A stretch of DNA of 55,534 nt from Alphaproteobacteria bacterium MarineAlpha5_Bin7 (GCA_002938195.1 PTKX01000006.1:1-55534); one strand, 5' to 3'; positions 24,667 to 35,204 are shown, counted from the stretch's first letter. The notes: generated by a model not told the origin, from the sequence alone. Numbers and translations: made by a program.

Positions 24667-25239
24667 ATGATATTAATTTTTTTTGGCCCACCTGGAGCTG
24701 GAAAAGGAACTCAAGCAAGTTTAATTTCAAAAATCTATAGTATTCCCCATTTGTCTACAGGCGATATTTTAAGATCAATAATTTCTCAACAAGATGAAAC
24801 ATCTACAAAATTAAAAAAGATTATGAACAGTGGACAACTTATATCTGATGAAATTTTGAATGAAATAGTTTCAAAGAGAATTAATGAAAAAGATTGCTTA
24901 AATGGTTTTATTTTAGATGGCTATCCAAGAACAAAAGATCAAGCATTGTTTTTAGACTCAATTTTAGAAAATAAAAAAATCAAAATTGATAAAATTATAG
25001 ACATTAAACTAAGTGAAAAAACTATTATGAGCCGTATACTTTCAAGATCAAATATTGAAAATAGAGGAGATGATAAAGAATTAGTTATAAAAACTAGAAT
25101 ACATAAATATATATCTGAAACAAAGCCAGTTTCTGAATATTTTCTGACAAGATACCCCGATAGCTTTAAAGTTATTGATGGAGATCAAGAAATTGAAAAA
25201 ATAAACCATGATATTCTTAAATTATTGAAAAATGAGTAA
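24667..25239 (+). CDS. adk: Adenylate kinase (short-LID type)
   Basis: GPPGAGKGT, STGDILR, LDGYPR, RGDD. Confidence 0.96.
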   Translation: MILIFFGPPGAGKGTQASLISKIYSIPHLSTGDILRSIISQQDETSTKLKKIMNSGQLISDEILNEIVSKRINEKDCLNGFILDGYPRTKDQALFLDSILENKKIKIDKIIDIKLSEKTIMSRILSRSNIENRGDDKELVIKTRIHKYISETKPVSEYFLTRYPDSFKVIDGDQEIEKINHDILKLLKNE

Positions 25240-25266
25240 AAATAAGGCTTTTCAACATTTCTTGTC

Positions 25267-25296
25267 TTGACTTATATGCTTGTTATCATGTATTCA
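25267..25296 (+). promoter_or_regulatory. Possible promoter of the alpha operon
   Basis: TTGACT-18 bp-TATTCA in the adk-rpsM gap. Confidence 0.45.
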
Positions 25297-25329
25297 CCCT
25301 CATTCTTTTCAATATAATAGGCATTAATT

Positions 25330-25710
25330 ATGGCAAGAATTTCAGGTGTAAATATTCCAACAAATAAAAAGATATCGATTGCTTTAACTTATATTTTTGG
25401 AATTGGCTCTAAAATCGCAAAAGATATTTGTGATCAAGCGGAAATAGACAAAACTAAAAGAGTGAATGAATTAAATGATAATGAAATTACAAAAATTAGA
25501 GAATTAGTAGAATCAAATTATTCCGTTGAAGGAGATTTAAGAAGAAAGATATCTGTAGATATAAAAAGACTGACAGATTTAGGATGTTATAGAGGATTAA
25601 GACATAGAAAAAAATTACCCGTTAGGGGCCAAAGAACACATACAAATGCTAGAACAAGAAAAGGAAAAGCTGTAGCAATAGCTGGAAAGAAAAAAGTAAC
25701 TAAAGGATAA
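25330..25710 (+). CDS. rpsM: 30S ribosomal protein S13
   Basis: [27 protein letters not shown]. Confidence 0.98.
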   Translation: MARISGVNIPTNKKISIALTYIFGIGSKIAKDICDQAEIDKTKRVNELNDNEITKIRELVESNYSVEGDLRRKISVDIKRLTDLGCYRGLRHRKKLPVRGQRTHTNARTRKGKAVAIAGKKKVTKG

Positions 25711-25713
25711 TCT

Positions 25714-26103
25714 ATGGCAACAGAAAAGAAAAAAACAAAATTCAAAGCGAAAAGAAAAGTTTCTAGTGGTATAGCACATATAATTTCCTCATTTAATAAT
25801 ACAATAATCACAATTAGTGATGAAAATGGTAATGCTCTGGCATGGTCTTCTGCTGGACACAAAGGTTTTAAAGGTTCTAGAAAATCTACTCCTTTTGCAG
25901 CACAAATTGCTGCTGAAGATGTAGGAAATAAAGCAAAAGAATTTGGTCTTAAAACACTAAGGGTTGAAGTTTCAGGACCTGGCTCTGGAAGAGAATCTGC
26001 TTTAAGGTCGCTACAATCAATAGGATATGTAATAACTTCAATTAAAGATGTTACTCCAATTCCACATAATGGTTGTAGACCTAGAAAAAGAAGAAGAGTT
26101 TAG
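25714..26103 (+). CDS. rpsK: 30S ribosomal protein S11
   Basis: [25 protein letters not shown]. Confidence 0.98.
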   Translation: MATEKKKTKFKAKRKVSSGIAHIISSFNNTIITISDENGNALAWSSAGHKGFKGSRKSTPFAAQIAAEDVGNKAKEFGLKTLRVEVSGPGSGRESALRSLQSIGYVITSIKDVTPIPHNGCRPRKRRRV

Positions 26104-26131
26104 TTAATTATTATTTAATAAGGAGTATTAA

Positions 26132-27154
26132 GTGTTACAAAAAAATTGGATGGAATTAATCAAGCCCAATAAAATGGATGTTATTGTTCAAGAAAATAAT
26201 GGAAGACAAGGCACGCTTATCGCAGAACCGTTAGAAAGAGGTTTTGGATTAACTTTAGGCAATGCTCTAAGAAGAATATTGTTATCCTCTTTGCAAGGCG
26301 CTGCAATTACTTCTATAAAAGTAAAAGGCGTAGTACATGAATTTTCTACTATATCTGGTGTTAAAGAAGATTTAACAGATATAGTGCTTAACCTAAAGTC
26401 AGTAGGAATAAAAGTTCATTCTCCAGGGGCGAGAAAAATGTATCTGAAAGCTAAGGGACCGGGAGAGATTAGAGCCGGAAATTTTGAAACTGACTCAGAA
26501 ACTGAAATTATGGATCCAGATCAAATAATTATGACTTTAGATAGTAATGCTGATGTAGAATTAGAAGCGAATGTTGAAACTGGCAAAGGGTACGTATCAG
26601 CTGAAGTAGCTGAAGATGATAGCAAACTGATTGGTGAAATCAAAATAGATGCCATGTTTAGTCCAGTTAAAAAAGCTTCATACAAAATTGAAAATAGCAG
26701 AGTCGGCCAAGTCACGGATTTTGATAAATTAATTTTAGATATAGAAACAAATGGAGCAGTATCACCTGATGATGCAATAGCTCTTGCAGCTCGAATACTT
26801 CAAGATCAATTACAGCCATTTATAAATTTTGATGAACCAGAAGTGCAAAATGAGGTTAGTAGTCAGGAGCAATTACCTTTCAATCATAATTTACTTAAAA
26901 AAGTAGAGGAATTAGAATTATCTGTTCGTTCAGCAAATTGTCTAAAAAATGATAATATTATTTATATAGGTGATTTAGTTCAGAAATCAGAATCTGAAAT
27001 GCTAAGAACTCCTAACTTTGGAAGAAAATCTCTAAATGAAATTAAAGAAGTTCTCCAACAAATGGAACTGGGTTTAGGTATTACTGTACCTAGTTGGCCT
27101 CCTGAAAACATTGAGGAACTTGCAAAAAAATTTGAAGATCCTTTTAACAAATAG
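26132..27154 (+). CDS. rpoA: RNA polymerase alpha subunit
   Basis: [28 protein letters not shown]; SD TAAGGAG with GTG start. Confidence 0.99.
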   Translation: MLQKNWMELIKPNKMDVIVQENNGRQGTLIAEPLERGFGLTLGNALRRILLSSLQGAAITSIKVKGVVHEFSTISGVKEDLTDIVLNLKSVGIKVHSPGARKMYLKAKGPGEIRAGNFETDSETEIMDPDQIIMTLDSNADVELEANVETGKGYVSAEVAEDDSKLIGEIKIDAMFSPVKKASYKIENSRVGQVTDFDKLILDIETNGAVSPDDAIALAARILQDQLQPFINFDEPEVQNEVSSQEQLPFNHNLLKKVEELELSVRSANCLKNDNIIYIGDLVQKSESEMLRTPNFGRKSLNEIKEVLQQMELGLGITVPSWPPENIEELAKKFEDPFNK

Positions 27155-27160
27155 GTTAAT

Positions 27161-27580
27161 GTGAAACATAATATTACTCATAAAAAATTAAATAGAACTT
27201 CATCCCATAGGAAGGCTCTTCTAATGAATTTATCAAATTCCTTATTAAAGCATGAACAAATTACTACTACACTTCCAAAAGCAAAAGAATTAAGACCTTT
27301 TGTTGAAAAGATTATCACATTAGGGAAAAGGGGTGACTTGCAATCCAGGAAAAAAGCAATATCTATATTAAAAAATTCAAAAAATATAAAAAAAATCTTT
27401 GATGTTTTTGCCAATAGATATAAAAATAGACTCGGCGGTTATACTAGGATAGTTAAAATTGGTAATCGTTTTGGAGATAATGCTCCTAAAGCTATTATAG
27501 AGTTTGTTGATAGAGACGAAAAAGCAAAAGGTAAAGATAGCGGACCAGTTATAAAGAAAAAAACTTCTGAAGAAGAGTAA
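27161..27580 (+). CDS. rplQ: 50S ribosomal protein L17
   Basis: [24 protein letters not shown]; GTG start. Confidence 0.97.
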   Translation: MKHNITHKKLNRTSSHRKALLMNLSNSLLKHEQITTTLPKAKELRPFVEKIITLGKRGDLQSRKKAISILKNSKNIKKIFDVFANRYKNRLGGYTRIVKIGNRFGDNAPKAIIEFVDRDEKAKGKDSGPVIKKKTSEEE

Positions 27581-27595
27581 AATTAGTTTTTAGCA

Positions 27596-27964
27596 TTGGT
27601 TAAATTACTATTAATTATATCAGGAGGTGCCTTAGGTTCATTAACAAGATACCTAGTTAATAATTTTTATATATTTTTTTTTCCTAATTTTCCTATTGGT
27701 ACTTTGTTTGTTAATTTCACCGGCTCTTTTTTAGTTGGATTTTTAATTAGCTATTTAGAAAATTATTCCTATAACGAAAATTTTATAAGATTCTTTTTAA
27801 TTATTGGTTTTTTAGGATCATTTACAACATTCTCTGCTTTTTCCATGGAAATTATTGAATTTATTAATAATAAAAAAATATTTACTGCTTTAATATATTT
27901 AATCTTATCTATTCTATTATGCATATCTGGCGCTTTTCTAGGATACTTTATAAATCGAGTATAA
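27596..27964 (+). CDS. crcB: Fluoride channel Fluc/CrcB
   Basis: GGALGSLTRY, FPIGTLFVN, GFLGSFTTFSAF; four TM helices. Confidence 0.92.
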   Translation: MVKLLLIISGGALGSLTRYLVNNFYIFFFPNFPIGTLFVNFTGSFLVGFLISYLENYSYNENFIRFFLIIGFLGSFTTFSAFSMEIIEFINNKKIFTALIYLILSILLCISGAFLGYFINRV

Positions 27965-27965
27965 A

Positions 27966-28886
27966 TTGTTTAAGTCTATTAAAGTTAACCCCAGCAATAC
28001 AGATACTAGAATAGATAAATGGTTAAAAAGGGAATTTTCAAATTTAAATCAAAGTTTTATAGAAAAAAATCTTAGAAAAGGGTTAATTAAAATTAACAAC
28101 TCGAAAGTTAAATCTAATTATATAGTGAGTGAAAATGATATTATAAATATATTTAATTTTTCGATAGAAAAATACCCTTGTAAAATTAAAAAAAAAGATA
28201 CTAAAAAAATACCAGTAACAATAATAAATAGATTTAAAAAAATTATTGTTTATGAAAATAAAGATTTCATGATTATAGATAAATGGAATGGACTAGCTTC
28301 TCAAGCAGGAAGTAAAGTAAATATTTCAATTGATGATATAATTAAAAATATATCTATTGATTATAATTTAGTACATAGATTAGATAAGGATACATCAGGA
28401 TTAATGATAATAGCTAAGAATTTTATGACAACTAAAATTATTTCAAAACTTTTTTATGAAAAAAAAATAAAAAAAATATATTTAGCTATATGTCAAGGAA
28501 ATCCAATAAATGTTAATTCTTTAATAAAATTAAAAATCCCGATTAAAAAAAACAAAAATGTTTTTGGAGAAACAGTTACAAGATTCAAAATACTTAAAAA
28601 AAACAAGAATTTTTCTTTTATAGCATTTAAACCTTTAACTGGAAAAAAACACCAGTTAAGAATTTTGTCTAAAAAAATAGGATGTCCGATAGTTGGAGAC
28701 AATAAATACAATTTAGATAAAACTTTTTATAAAGAAAGTTTGAAATTGAATGCTCATATTTTAAAATTTACAATTAATAGTAAAGAATATATATTTAAAT
28801 CAGAAATACCTATTAATTTTAATAATTTTCTAATTAAAGAAAAATTAAATTATAATAAAATAAAAAATTTATTAAAACTTTTTTAA
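27966..28886 (+). CDS. RluA-family pseudouridine synthase with S4 domain (RluC-like)
   Basis: RIDKWL S4-like N-terminus, catalytic VHRLDKDTSG, TGKKHQLR, PIVGD.KY. Confidence 0.9.
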   Translation: MFKSIKVNPSNTDTRIDKWLKREFSNLNQSFIEKNLRKGLIKINNSKVKSNYIVSENDIINIFNFSIEKYPCKIKKKDTKKIPVTIINRFKKIIVYENKDFMIIDKWNGLASQAGSKVNISIDDIIKNISIDYNLVHRLDKDTSGLMIIAKNFMTTKIISKLFYEKKIKKIYLAICQGNPINVNSLIKLKIPIKKNKNVFGETVTRFKILKKNKNFSFIAFKPLTGKKHQLRILSKKIGCPIVGDNKYNLDKTFYKESLKLNAHILKFTINSKEYIFKSEIPINFNNFLIKEKLNYNKIKNLLKLF

Positions 28887-29522
28887 TTCATCATTAAATT
28901 TTTTAAAAAACATTTTATCAAATTCCTCTTTGGAAATGTTTATGCCTAATTCTAATAAAGATGTAGTTTTGTAATTTTTTAAGCCACAAGCATGTATATT
29001 ATCATAATAACTTAAATCAGGATTAATATTAAAACTTAATCCATGGTATGTTACCCATTTTTTGATTCTTAAACCAATTGCGCCTATTTTTTTTTCTTTA
29101 GTAAGTTTTTTATTTTTAACTTTAGTAACCCAAATACCAATTCTTTTAGGAAAGGTTTTTGCTTCAATATTAAATTCTTTTAACAAAGATATTGTAGAAA
29201 ATTCTATTATTTTTACAAATCTTCTTATATCTTTTTTTCGATTATTTAGATTGATAATAAAATAAACTATTCTTTGACCAGGGCCGTGATAAGTAGTTTT
29301 ACCTCCTCTGTTTGTTTTTATAATAGGAATATTATTGGTGAATAATATTTCGTCTTTATGAGCACTTGTGCCACAAGTGTAGATATGATCATGGTTTAAA
29401 AACCATATCATTTCCGCCTCTTTTTTATTAAGTATATTTTTTACTCTTTCTTCCATAAAAGATATAGCCTCAAAATATTCAATATTTTGGTTTGATATTT
29501 TTATATTTATTTTACTGCTCAT
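28872..29522 (-). CDS. lipB: Octanoyltransferase LipB
   Basis: RGGKTTYHGPGQ, KIGAIG, TYHGLSFN, ACG. Confidence 0.95.
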   Translation of the reverse strand: MSSKINIKISNQNIEYFEAISFMEERVKNILNKKEAEMIWFLNHDHIYTCGTSAHKDEILFTNNIPIIKTNRGGKTTYHGPGQRIVYFIINLNNRKKDIRRFVKIIEFSTISLLKEFNIEAKTFPKRIGIWVTKVKNKKLTKEKKIGAIGLRIKKWVTYHGLSFNINPDLSYYDNIHACGLKNYKTTSLLELGINISKEEFDKMFFKKFNDELKKF

Positions 29523-29545
29523 TAATATTTAAAAACTATCATTTA

Positions 29546-29574
29546 TTGATACTTAATAACCTATCTGATAGTTA
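29546..29574 (+). promoter_or_regulatory. Putative promoter for tRNA-Leu/mgtE
   Basis: TTGATA-17 bp-TAGTTA, with an extended -10 TG at 29566. Confidence 0.5.
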
Positions 29575-29597
29575 ATCTCTAATTTAATTTTCAGCGC

Positions 29598-29684
29598 GCG
29601 GCCGTGGCGGAATTGGTATACGCGCAGCGTTGAGGTCGCTGTGGGATTATTCCCGTGGAAGTTCAAGTCTTCTCGGCCGCACCA
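29598..29684 (+). tRNA. tRNA-Leu(GAG)
   Basis: Acceptor stem GCGGCCG/CGGCCGC, anticodon arm CAGCG-TTGAGGT-CGCTG, long variable arm GGGA..TCCC, GTTCAAG T loop, ACCA end. Confidence 0.96.
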
Positions 29685-29694
29685 TAAATAGGAT

Positions 29695-31068
29695 ATGATT
29701 ATGAATAAAGATATTGAATCAAAAAAAAATCAAAATCTTAATTCTAGCTTGGTAGCAATTAATAAATTTTTTGAAGAAAATAATAATGAAGATTTGTTAC
29801 ACTTTGTAAAAGAACTGCATAACGCAGATATAGCAGATTTAATACAAAATCTTGACGAAAGTAAACGAGTACAACTTATCAATAACATTAAAGATGATTT
29901 TGATCCAGAAATTCTAACATACTTAAATGAGAGTTTAAAAGAAGAAGTCATAGAATATCTAGATATAAAAAAACTTGCATCAAATGCAAGTGACTTAGAT
30001 GTTGATGATGCTGTAGATGTAGTAGAAGATTTGGAAGAGTCAGAACAAGCAAAATTTTTAGAAAATGTATCTGCCAAAGAAAGAAAATTGATTCAAGAAG
30101 GTCTTAATTATCCTGAAGATAGTGCTGGAAGATTAATGCAAAGAAATTTTGTATCTATTAGCGATACATGGAATGTTGGAGATGCAATTGATTATTTAAG
30201 AAAAGAAACCTCAAAATTACCTGATGATTTTTATGATATTTATCTAATAAATACTAACAATACCATTAGTGGAATTGTCCCTCTGGGAAGATTAATGAGT
30301 TCGAATAGAAATATAGATTTGAAAAATATTAAAAATAAAGAAACAAGAATTATTAAAGTATTAACAGATCAAGAGGAAGTAGCTTATCAATTTAATAAAT
30401 ATGCTATGGTAAGCGCACCTGTTGTGGATGAGAATAATTTTATTATCGGTTCTATTACAGTAGATGACGTTGTGGATGTTATCGAAGAAGAAAGAGAAGA
30501 AGATATTTTGAAATTAGGAGGAGTTGGTCAAGCAGATATTTATGACGCAGTTTTTGATACAACTAAACTTCGATTTTCATGGCTGCTTGTCAACTTACTC
30601 ACGGCAATTGCAGCTTCTATTGTTATAGGTTTTTTTCAAGCTTCTATAGAAAAGGTAGTTGCCTTAGCTGTTTTGATGCCAATAGTTGCTTCAATGGGTG
30701 GAAATGCAGGAACCCAAACTCTTACTGTAGCTGTTAGAGCTTTGGCTACAAAAGAGTTAACACCTTCCAACGCAATAAGAATTATAGCTAAAGAAACATT
30801 TGTTGGAGGAATTAATGGAATTATTTTTGCTATTTTAGTTGGATTAATATCATCTTATTGGTTTAGCAGTCCTCAATTAGGAATAGTTATAGCTTTAGCT
30901 ATGATATTAAATCTGCTTGTAGCAGGCTTAGCTGGAACCTTAATACCTATTACCTTGAATAAACTGAAGATTGATCCTGCTTTAGCTTCAGGAGTAATTC
31001 TCACAACTATTACTGACGTATTTGGATTTTTATCTTTTCTTGGACTGGCTTCTATCTTTATAATATAA
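29695..31068 (+). CDS. mgtE: Magnesium transporter MgtE
   Basis: Acidic N domain, YPEDSAGRLM CBS pair, MGGNAGTQ, DPALASG, TTITDV. Confidence 0.96.
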   Translation: MIMNKDIESKKNQNLNSSLVAINKFFEENNNEDLLHFVKELHNADIADLIQNLDESKRVQLINNIKDDFDPEILTYLNESLKEEVIEYLDIKKLASNASDLDVDDAVDVVEDLEESEQAKFLENVSAKERKLIQEGLNYPEDSAGRLMQRNFVSISDTWNVGDAIDYLRKETSKLPDDFYDIYLINTNNTISGIVPLGRLMSSNRNIDLKNIKNKETRIIKVLTDQEEVAYQFNKYAMVSAPVVDENNFIIGSITVDDVVDVIEEEREEDILKLGGVGQADIYDAVFDTTKLRFSWLLVNLLTAIAASIVIGFFQASIEKVVALAVLMPIVASMGGNAGTQTLTVAVRALATKELTPSNAIRIIAKETFVGGINGIIFAILVGLISSYWFSSPQLGIVIALAMILNLLVAGLAGTLIPITLNKLKIDPALASGVILTTITDVFGFLSFLGLASIFII

Positions 31069-31087
31069 TATAGTGTAATATAAATTT

Positions 31088-31654
31088 ATGAAAAATAGTT
31101 CTGTTTTAATTAATAGTATCTATCCAGCTGATTCTGGTATCAAATATATATTAAAGCTTATAATTTTATCTGCTTTTGGAAGTTTATTGCTAGCCTTGTC
31201 TTCAAAAATTCAGGTTCCTTTTTGGCCTGTTCCAATGACCATGCAAACATTTATGGTTTTTATTATTGGGATGACTTATGGTTTTACTTTTAGTTCATAC
31301 ACATTAGTTTCTTACCTAATGCTAGGTGCGATAGGTTTGCCTGTTTTTGCTAAAGGCGGAGGAATATTGTACTTAACAGGACCAACAGCAGGCTATTTAT
31401 ATGGCATGGCTATAGCCGCTGCTGTAATTGGTTTTTTGGCAGATAGGGGTTATGCAAAGTCCTATTTAAAAAGTTTAATAGCAATATTTATCGGTACAGT
31501 TATAATTTTTGCTTTAGGAGTTGGATATTTGGGTTCAGTTATTGGTTATGATAAGGCTTTAGCCGGTGGCTTGTATCCATTTTTATTAAGTGAAGCTTTT
31601 AAAATAGCTTTGGCTATATCTATTGTTCCAACGATATCAAAGCTTACTAAATAA
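31088..31654 (+). CDS. bioY: Biotin transporter BioY (solitary ECF S component)
   Basis: PVPMTMQT, GLPVFA, GPTAGYL. Confidence 0.93.
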   Translation: MKNSSVLINSIYPADSGIKYILKLIILSAFGSLLLALSSKIQVPFWPVPMTMQTFMVFIIGMTYGFTFSSYTLVSYLMLGAIGLPVFAKGGGILYLTGPTAGYLYGMAIAAAVIGFLADRGYAKSYLKSLIAIFIGTVIIFALGVGYLGSVIGYDKALAGGLYPFLLSEAFKIALAISIVPTISKLTK

Positions 31655-31667
31655 ATTAAATCTTATT

Positions 31668-32555
31668 ATGAAAATTGGTATTGATTTAGGTGGTACCAAA
31701 ACTGAAGCAATTTTAATTGATAATATTGGCAATGAACTATTCAGAAAAAGAATACAAACCGAAAAGAGCTATGATGGTACAATCAAGGGCATAATAAATT
31801 TAATTAAAGAAATTGACAATAAATTTGAAAAAATTCATTCTGTTGGCATAGGGATGCCTGGTATAATTTCAAATTACACTTCTTTAGTTAAAAATGCTAA
31901 TTCCATTTGGTTAAATGGAAAGCCACTAAAGAAAGATTTGGATAAAATTTTAGATAAAAAAATTACAATTGAAAATGATGCAAATTGTTTTGCTCTTTCG
32001 GAAGCTGTAGACGGCGCTGGCAAAGATTATAATGCAGTTTTTGGTGTTATAATCGGCACTGGAACTGGTGGTGGAATAGTATTTAACAAAAAAGTATTAC
32101 AAGGGATAAATCAAATTGGTGGTGAATGGGGTCATACATCTCTACCTAATAGAACTAATGATGAAATAAAATATGCAAAAAAATGTTTTTGTGGTCTAGA
32201 GGGATGTATGGAGACTTATGTATCAGGTCCAGGATTTGCAAATATTTTTAATAACATTCATAATGAAAATTTTAATTCTCATCAAATTATTGATGAATTT
32301 ATAAATGGATCTCAGAGATCTAAATTGGCATTAGATAATTATGTGAATCATTTAGCAAGAGGCCTGTCAAATGTTATTAATATACTCGATCCAGATGTGA
32401 TAATACTAGGTGGCGGGATGTCAAATATAGATTACATCTATGAAAATATAAGTAAACAATTAAAAAAATATGTTGTTACTGATACTTTTCACACCAAAGT
32501 GTTAAAAAACAAGCATGGTGACTCTAGTGGCGTTAGAGGAGCGGCTTGGCTTTAA
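31668..32555 (+). CDS. ROK-family sugar kinase (Mak/NagK-like); start moved to ATG 31668
   Basis: IGIDLGGTK, ENDAN, GEWGH, CFCGLEGCME Zn motif; no HTH domain. Confidence 0.9.
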   Translation: MKIGIDLGGTKTEAILIDNIGNELFRKRIQTEKSYDGTIKGIINLIKEIDNKFEKIHSVGIGMPGIISNYTSLVKNANSIWLNGKPLKKDLDKILDKKITIENDANCFALSEAVDGAGKDYNAVFGVIIGTGTGGGIVFNKKVLQGINQIGGEWGHTSLPNRTNDEIKYAKKCFCGLEGCMETYVSGPGFANIFNNIHNENFNSHQIIDEFINGSQRSKLALDNYVNHLARGLSNVINILDPDVIILGGGMSNIDYIYENISKQLKKYVVTDTFHTKVLKNKHGDSSGVRGAAWL

Positions 32556-32556
32556 A

Positions 32557-34008
32557 TTAAATACCCGCCATTTGAATATACTTTATTTCTAAAAAATCAT
32601 CTATTCCGTATTTAGATCCTTCACGTCCAAGTCCAGATTCCTTAACTCCACCAAAAGGAATTTCTGCTTTGGAAGGAAGTCCTGTATTTACTGAGACTAT
32701 GCCATATTCTAATTCTTCTGCTACTTTCCATATTCTTCCGATATCTCTTGAATAAAAATAAGAAGCTAATCCATAAGGTGTATCATTTGCCATTTTTATT
32801 ACTTCTTCATCTTTCGAAAATTTATATACTGGAGCTACTGGACCAAAGGTTTCTTCATTTGTAATTTTTGATTTAATAGAAACATCTGACAAAATGGTTG
32901 GTAAGTAAAAGTTTCCACCAAGTTTATGAATTTCTCCACCGATAGCTATTTTTGCTCCCTTATTTACAGCATCTTGAACATGTTCTTTAACTTTTTCAAG
33001 AGAATATTCATCAATTAGTGGCCCAGAAACAATTCCTTCAGTAAAACCATCTCCAACTTCCATTTCTGACACAGCTTTAACAAATTTTTTTAAAAATTCA
33101 TCATATACTTTTTCATGAACAAATAATCTATTTGCACATACACAAGTTTGACCAGTATTTCTAAATTTACTTTGGATGGCCCCAGTTACAGCTTCATCTA
33201 TGTTAGCATCATCAAAAACTATAAAAGGAGCATGTCCACCAAGTTCCATTGAAACTTTTTTTACAGTACTTGAGCATTGTGATAATAAAACTTTTCCAAC
33301 TTCTGTTGAACCAGTAAAAGACAATTTTCTTACTATTGGATTATAAGACATTTCAGAACCAATTTCTTTAGCATCTCCTGTGATAATATTGATGACTCCT
33401 TTAGGGAAACCTGCTTCTTCGGCTAGAACACCTAGTGCTAAAGCAGAAAAAGGTGTTTGACTAGCAGGTTTGATTACTACGGGACATCCAACAGCTAGAG
33501 CAGGTGCACATTTTCTTGTAATCATGGAGCTCGGAAAATTCCAAGGAGTTATTGCAGCAACAATTCCAATAGGTTGTTTAAGCACAATTATTCTTCTATC
33601 CGAAAATCTATCTGGGATAGTGTCTCCATAAATTCTTTTTGCTTCTTCTGCAAACCATTCTACAAATGAGGCTCCATAGGAAATTTCAGCTCTGGATTCT
33701 GCTATAGGCTTACCTTGCTCGAAGGTCATAATTTTTGCTAAATCCTCTTTATTTTTTTCTATTAAATAAAACCACTTTTTAAGTAAAACAGATCTTTCTA
33801 ATGCAGTTTTGCCTTTCCAACCACTCCAAGCTTCATTAGCTTTAGAAATAGCAAATTTGGTTTCCTCTTTGCCACATTTCGGAACTTTACCAATAATTTT
33901 CAATGTGCTTGGATTATTAACTTCAATTATATCCTTATTATAGCTATTTATCCACTCGCCATTAATATAACATTTATCTTTTATAAGTGACTTATTTGAG
34001 ATATCCAT
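32557..34008 (-). CDS. gabD: NAD(P)-dependent succinate-semialdehyde dehydrogenase
   Basis: ITPWNFP, KPASQTP, FTGSTEVG, ELGG, GQTCVC, EETFGP, GREGSKYG. Confidence 0.9.
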   Translation of the reverse strand: MDISNKSLIKDKCYINGEWINSYNKDIIEVNNPSTLKIIGKVPKCGKEETKFAISKANEAWSGWKGKTALERSVLLKKWFYLIEKNKEDLAKIMTFEQGKPIAESRAEISYGASFVEWFAEEAKRIYGDTIPDRFSDRRIIVLKQPIGIVAAITPWNFPSSMITRKCAPALAVGCPVVIKPASQTPFSALALGVLAEEAGFPKGVINIITGDAKEIGSEMSYNPIVRKLSFTGSTEVGKVLLSQCSSTVKKVSMELGGHAPFIVFDDANIDEAVTGAIQSKFRNTGQTCVCANRLFVHEKVYDEFLKKFVKAVSEMEVGDGFTEGIVSGPLIDEYSLEKVKEHVQDAVNKGAKIAIGGEIHKLGGNFYLPTILSDVSIKSKITNEETFGPVAPVYKFSKDEEVIKMANDTPYGLASYFYSRDIGRIWKVAEELEYGIVSVNTGLPSKAEIPFGGVKESGLGREGSKYGIDDFLEIKYIQMAGI

Positions 34009-34097
34009 AAATAATATTTAAGAAGATTTAAGAAGTTATTTTATTATATTAAATATTTTTTGTAAAATTTATTTGATAAAAAAATGGAAGCTAAGAC

Positions 34098-35204
34098 ATG
34101 AAAATAGTAAATTCTTGGAATGAATGGGATCCTCTAAAGCACGTAATTGTTGGTAAAGCTGATAATTGTTGCATACCTCCTCCTGAACCAGCTACTGATC
34201 CTAAAATTCCAAAGGATAGCGATATGAAAGGAATGCATGGACCGCGTCCACATGATACTGTTGATAAAGCAAATGAACAGCTTGATGGTTTAGCAAATAT
34301 ATTAAAAAAAAGAGGTATTAAGGTAGATAGACCAACACCTCTAGATTTTAATCAAAAAATTGCTACCCCTGATTGGGAAATTGGCTCAATGTTTGGGTGT
34401 ATGCCTCCACGCGATGTAATATTAACTTTAGGCAATGAAATGTTAGAGGCAACAATGTCTTATCGCTCAAGGTGGTTTGAATATTTGTGCTATCGTCCTT
34501 TACTCCAAAAATATTTTGATGAAGATCCTGAAATGAAATGGGAGTCAGCTCCAAAACCAAGATTAACAGAAAAATCTTACAGAACAAACTATCTTAATGA
34601 AGGTATTTCTGACGAACAAAGATTAGAAATGGTCAAAAGAAAAGAATTTGTAACAACAGAAGAAGAACCTTTATTTGATGCAGCTGATATTTTGAGAATG
34701 GGTAAGGATCTATTTATACAAAATGGTTTTACAACAAACCTTAAGGGTGCAAATTGGATACAAAGACATTTTAAAAGTCACCGGGTTCATATTTTAAATT
34801 TTCCTGGAGATATGTATCCAATTCATATTGATGCAACATTTACACCTATTAAACCAGGATTAATTATCAATAATGCGAGCAGACAATTACCTGAAGATCA
34901 GAAAAAAATATTTTATGACAATGATTGGGAAATAGTAGATGCAGCTCAACCAGCTCATAATGAACCACCACCTCTTTGTTATTCTAGTGTTTGGTTGAGC
35001 ATGAATGTGTTGGTAATAGATCCAAAAACAGTGTGTGTTGAGGCTAGTGAAGTTTATCAGTCTGAACAATTGGATAAATTAGGAATGGAAGTTATTCCTG
35101 TGCCATTTAGAGATGCATATCCATTTGGTGGAGCTCTGCATTGCGCTACTACCGATGTTTATAGAGATGGTAAATGTGAAGATTATTTTCCGAATCAATC
35201 ATGA
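34098..35204 (+). CDS. Amidinotransferase (AGAT-like, pentein fold)
   Basis: NSWNEWDPLKHVIVG, PRD, FDAAD (D194), PIHIDATF (H243), GGALHC (C349): intact Asp-His-Cys triad. Confidence 0.88.
   Translation: MKIVNSWNEWDPLKHVIVGKADNCCIPPPEPATDPKIPKDSDMKGMHGPRPHDTVDKANEQLDGLANILKKRGIKVDRPTPLDFNQKIATPDWEIGSMFGCMPPRDVILTLGNEMLEATMSYRSRWFEYLCYRPLLQKYFDEDPEMKWESAPKPRLTEKSYRTNYLNEGISDEQRLEMVKRKEFVTTEEEPLFDAADILRMGKDLFIQNGFTTNLKGANWIQRHFKSHRVHILNFPGDMYPIHIDATFTPIKPGLIINNASRQLPEDQKKIFYDNDWEIVDAAQPAHNEPPPLCYSSVWLSMNVLVIDPKTVCVEASEVYQSEQLDKLGMEVIPVPFRDAYPFGGALHCATTDVYRDGKCEDYFPNQS

Noticed and set aside
26104-26131. rpsD missing from the alpha operon; infA, rpmJ and map missing after adk
   Set aside because: Normal gene order for Alphaproteobacteria.
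29598-29684. tRNA-Leu as an island integration site
   Set aside because: No integrase and no repeat of the tRNA 3' end noticed; it is flanked by the housekeeping genes lipB and mgtE.
34098-35204. Toxin biosynthesis cluster (cyr/sxt-like)
   Set aside because: No PKS, NRPS or tailoring genes; the neighbours are catabolic.
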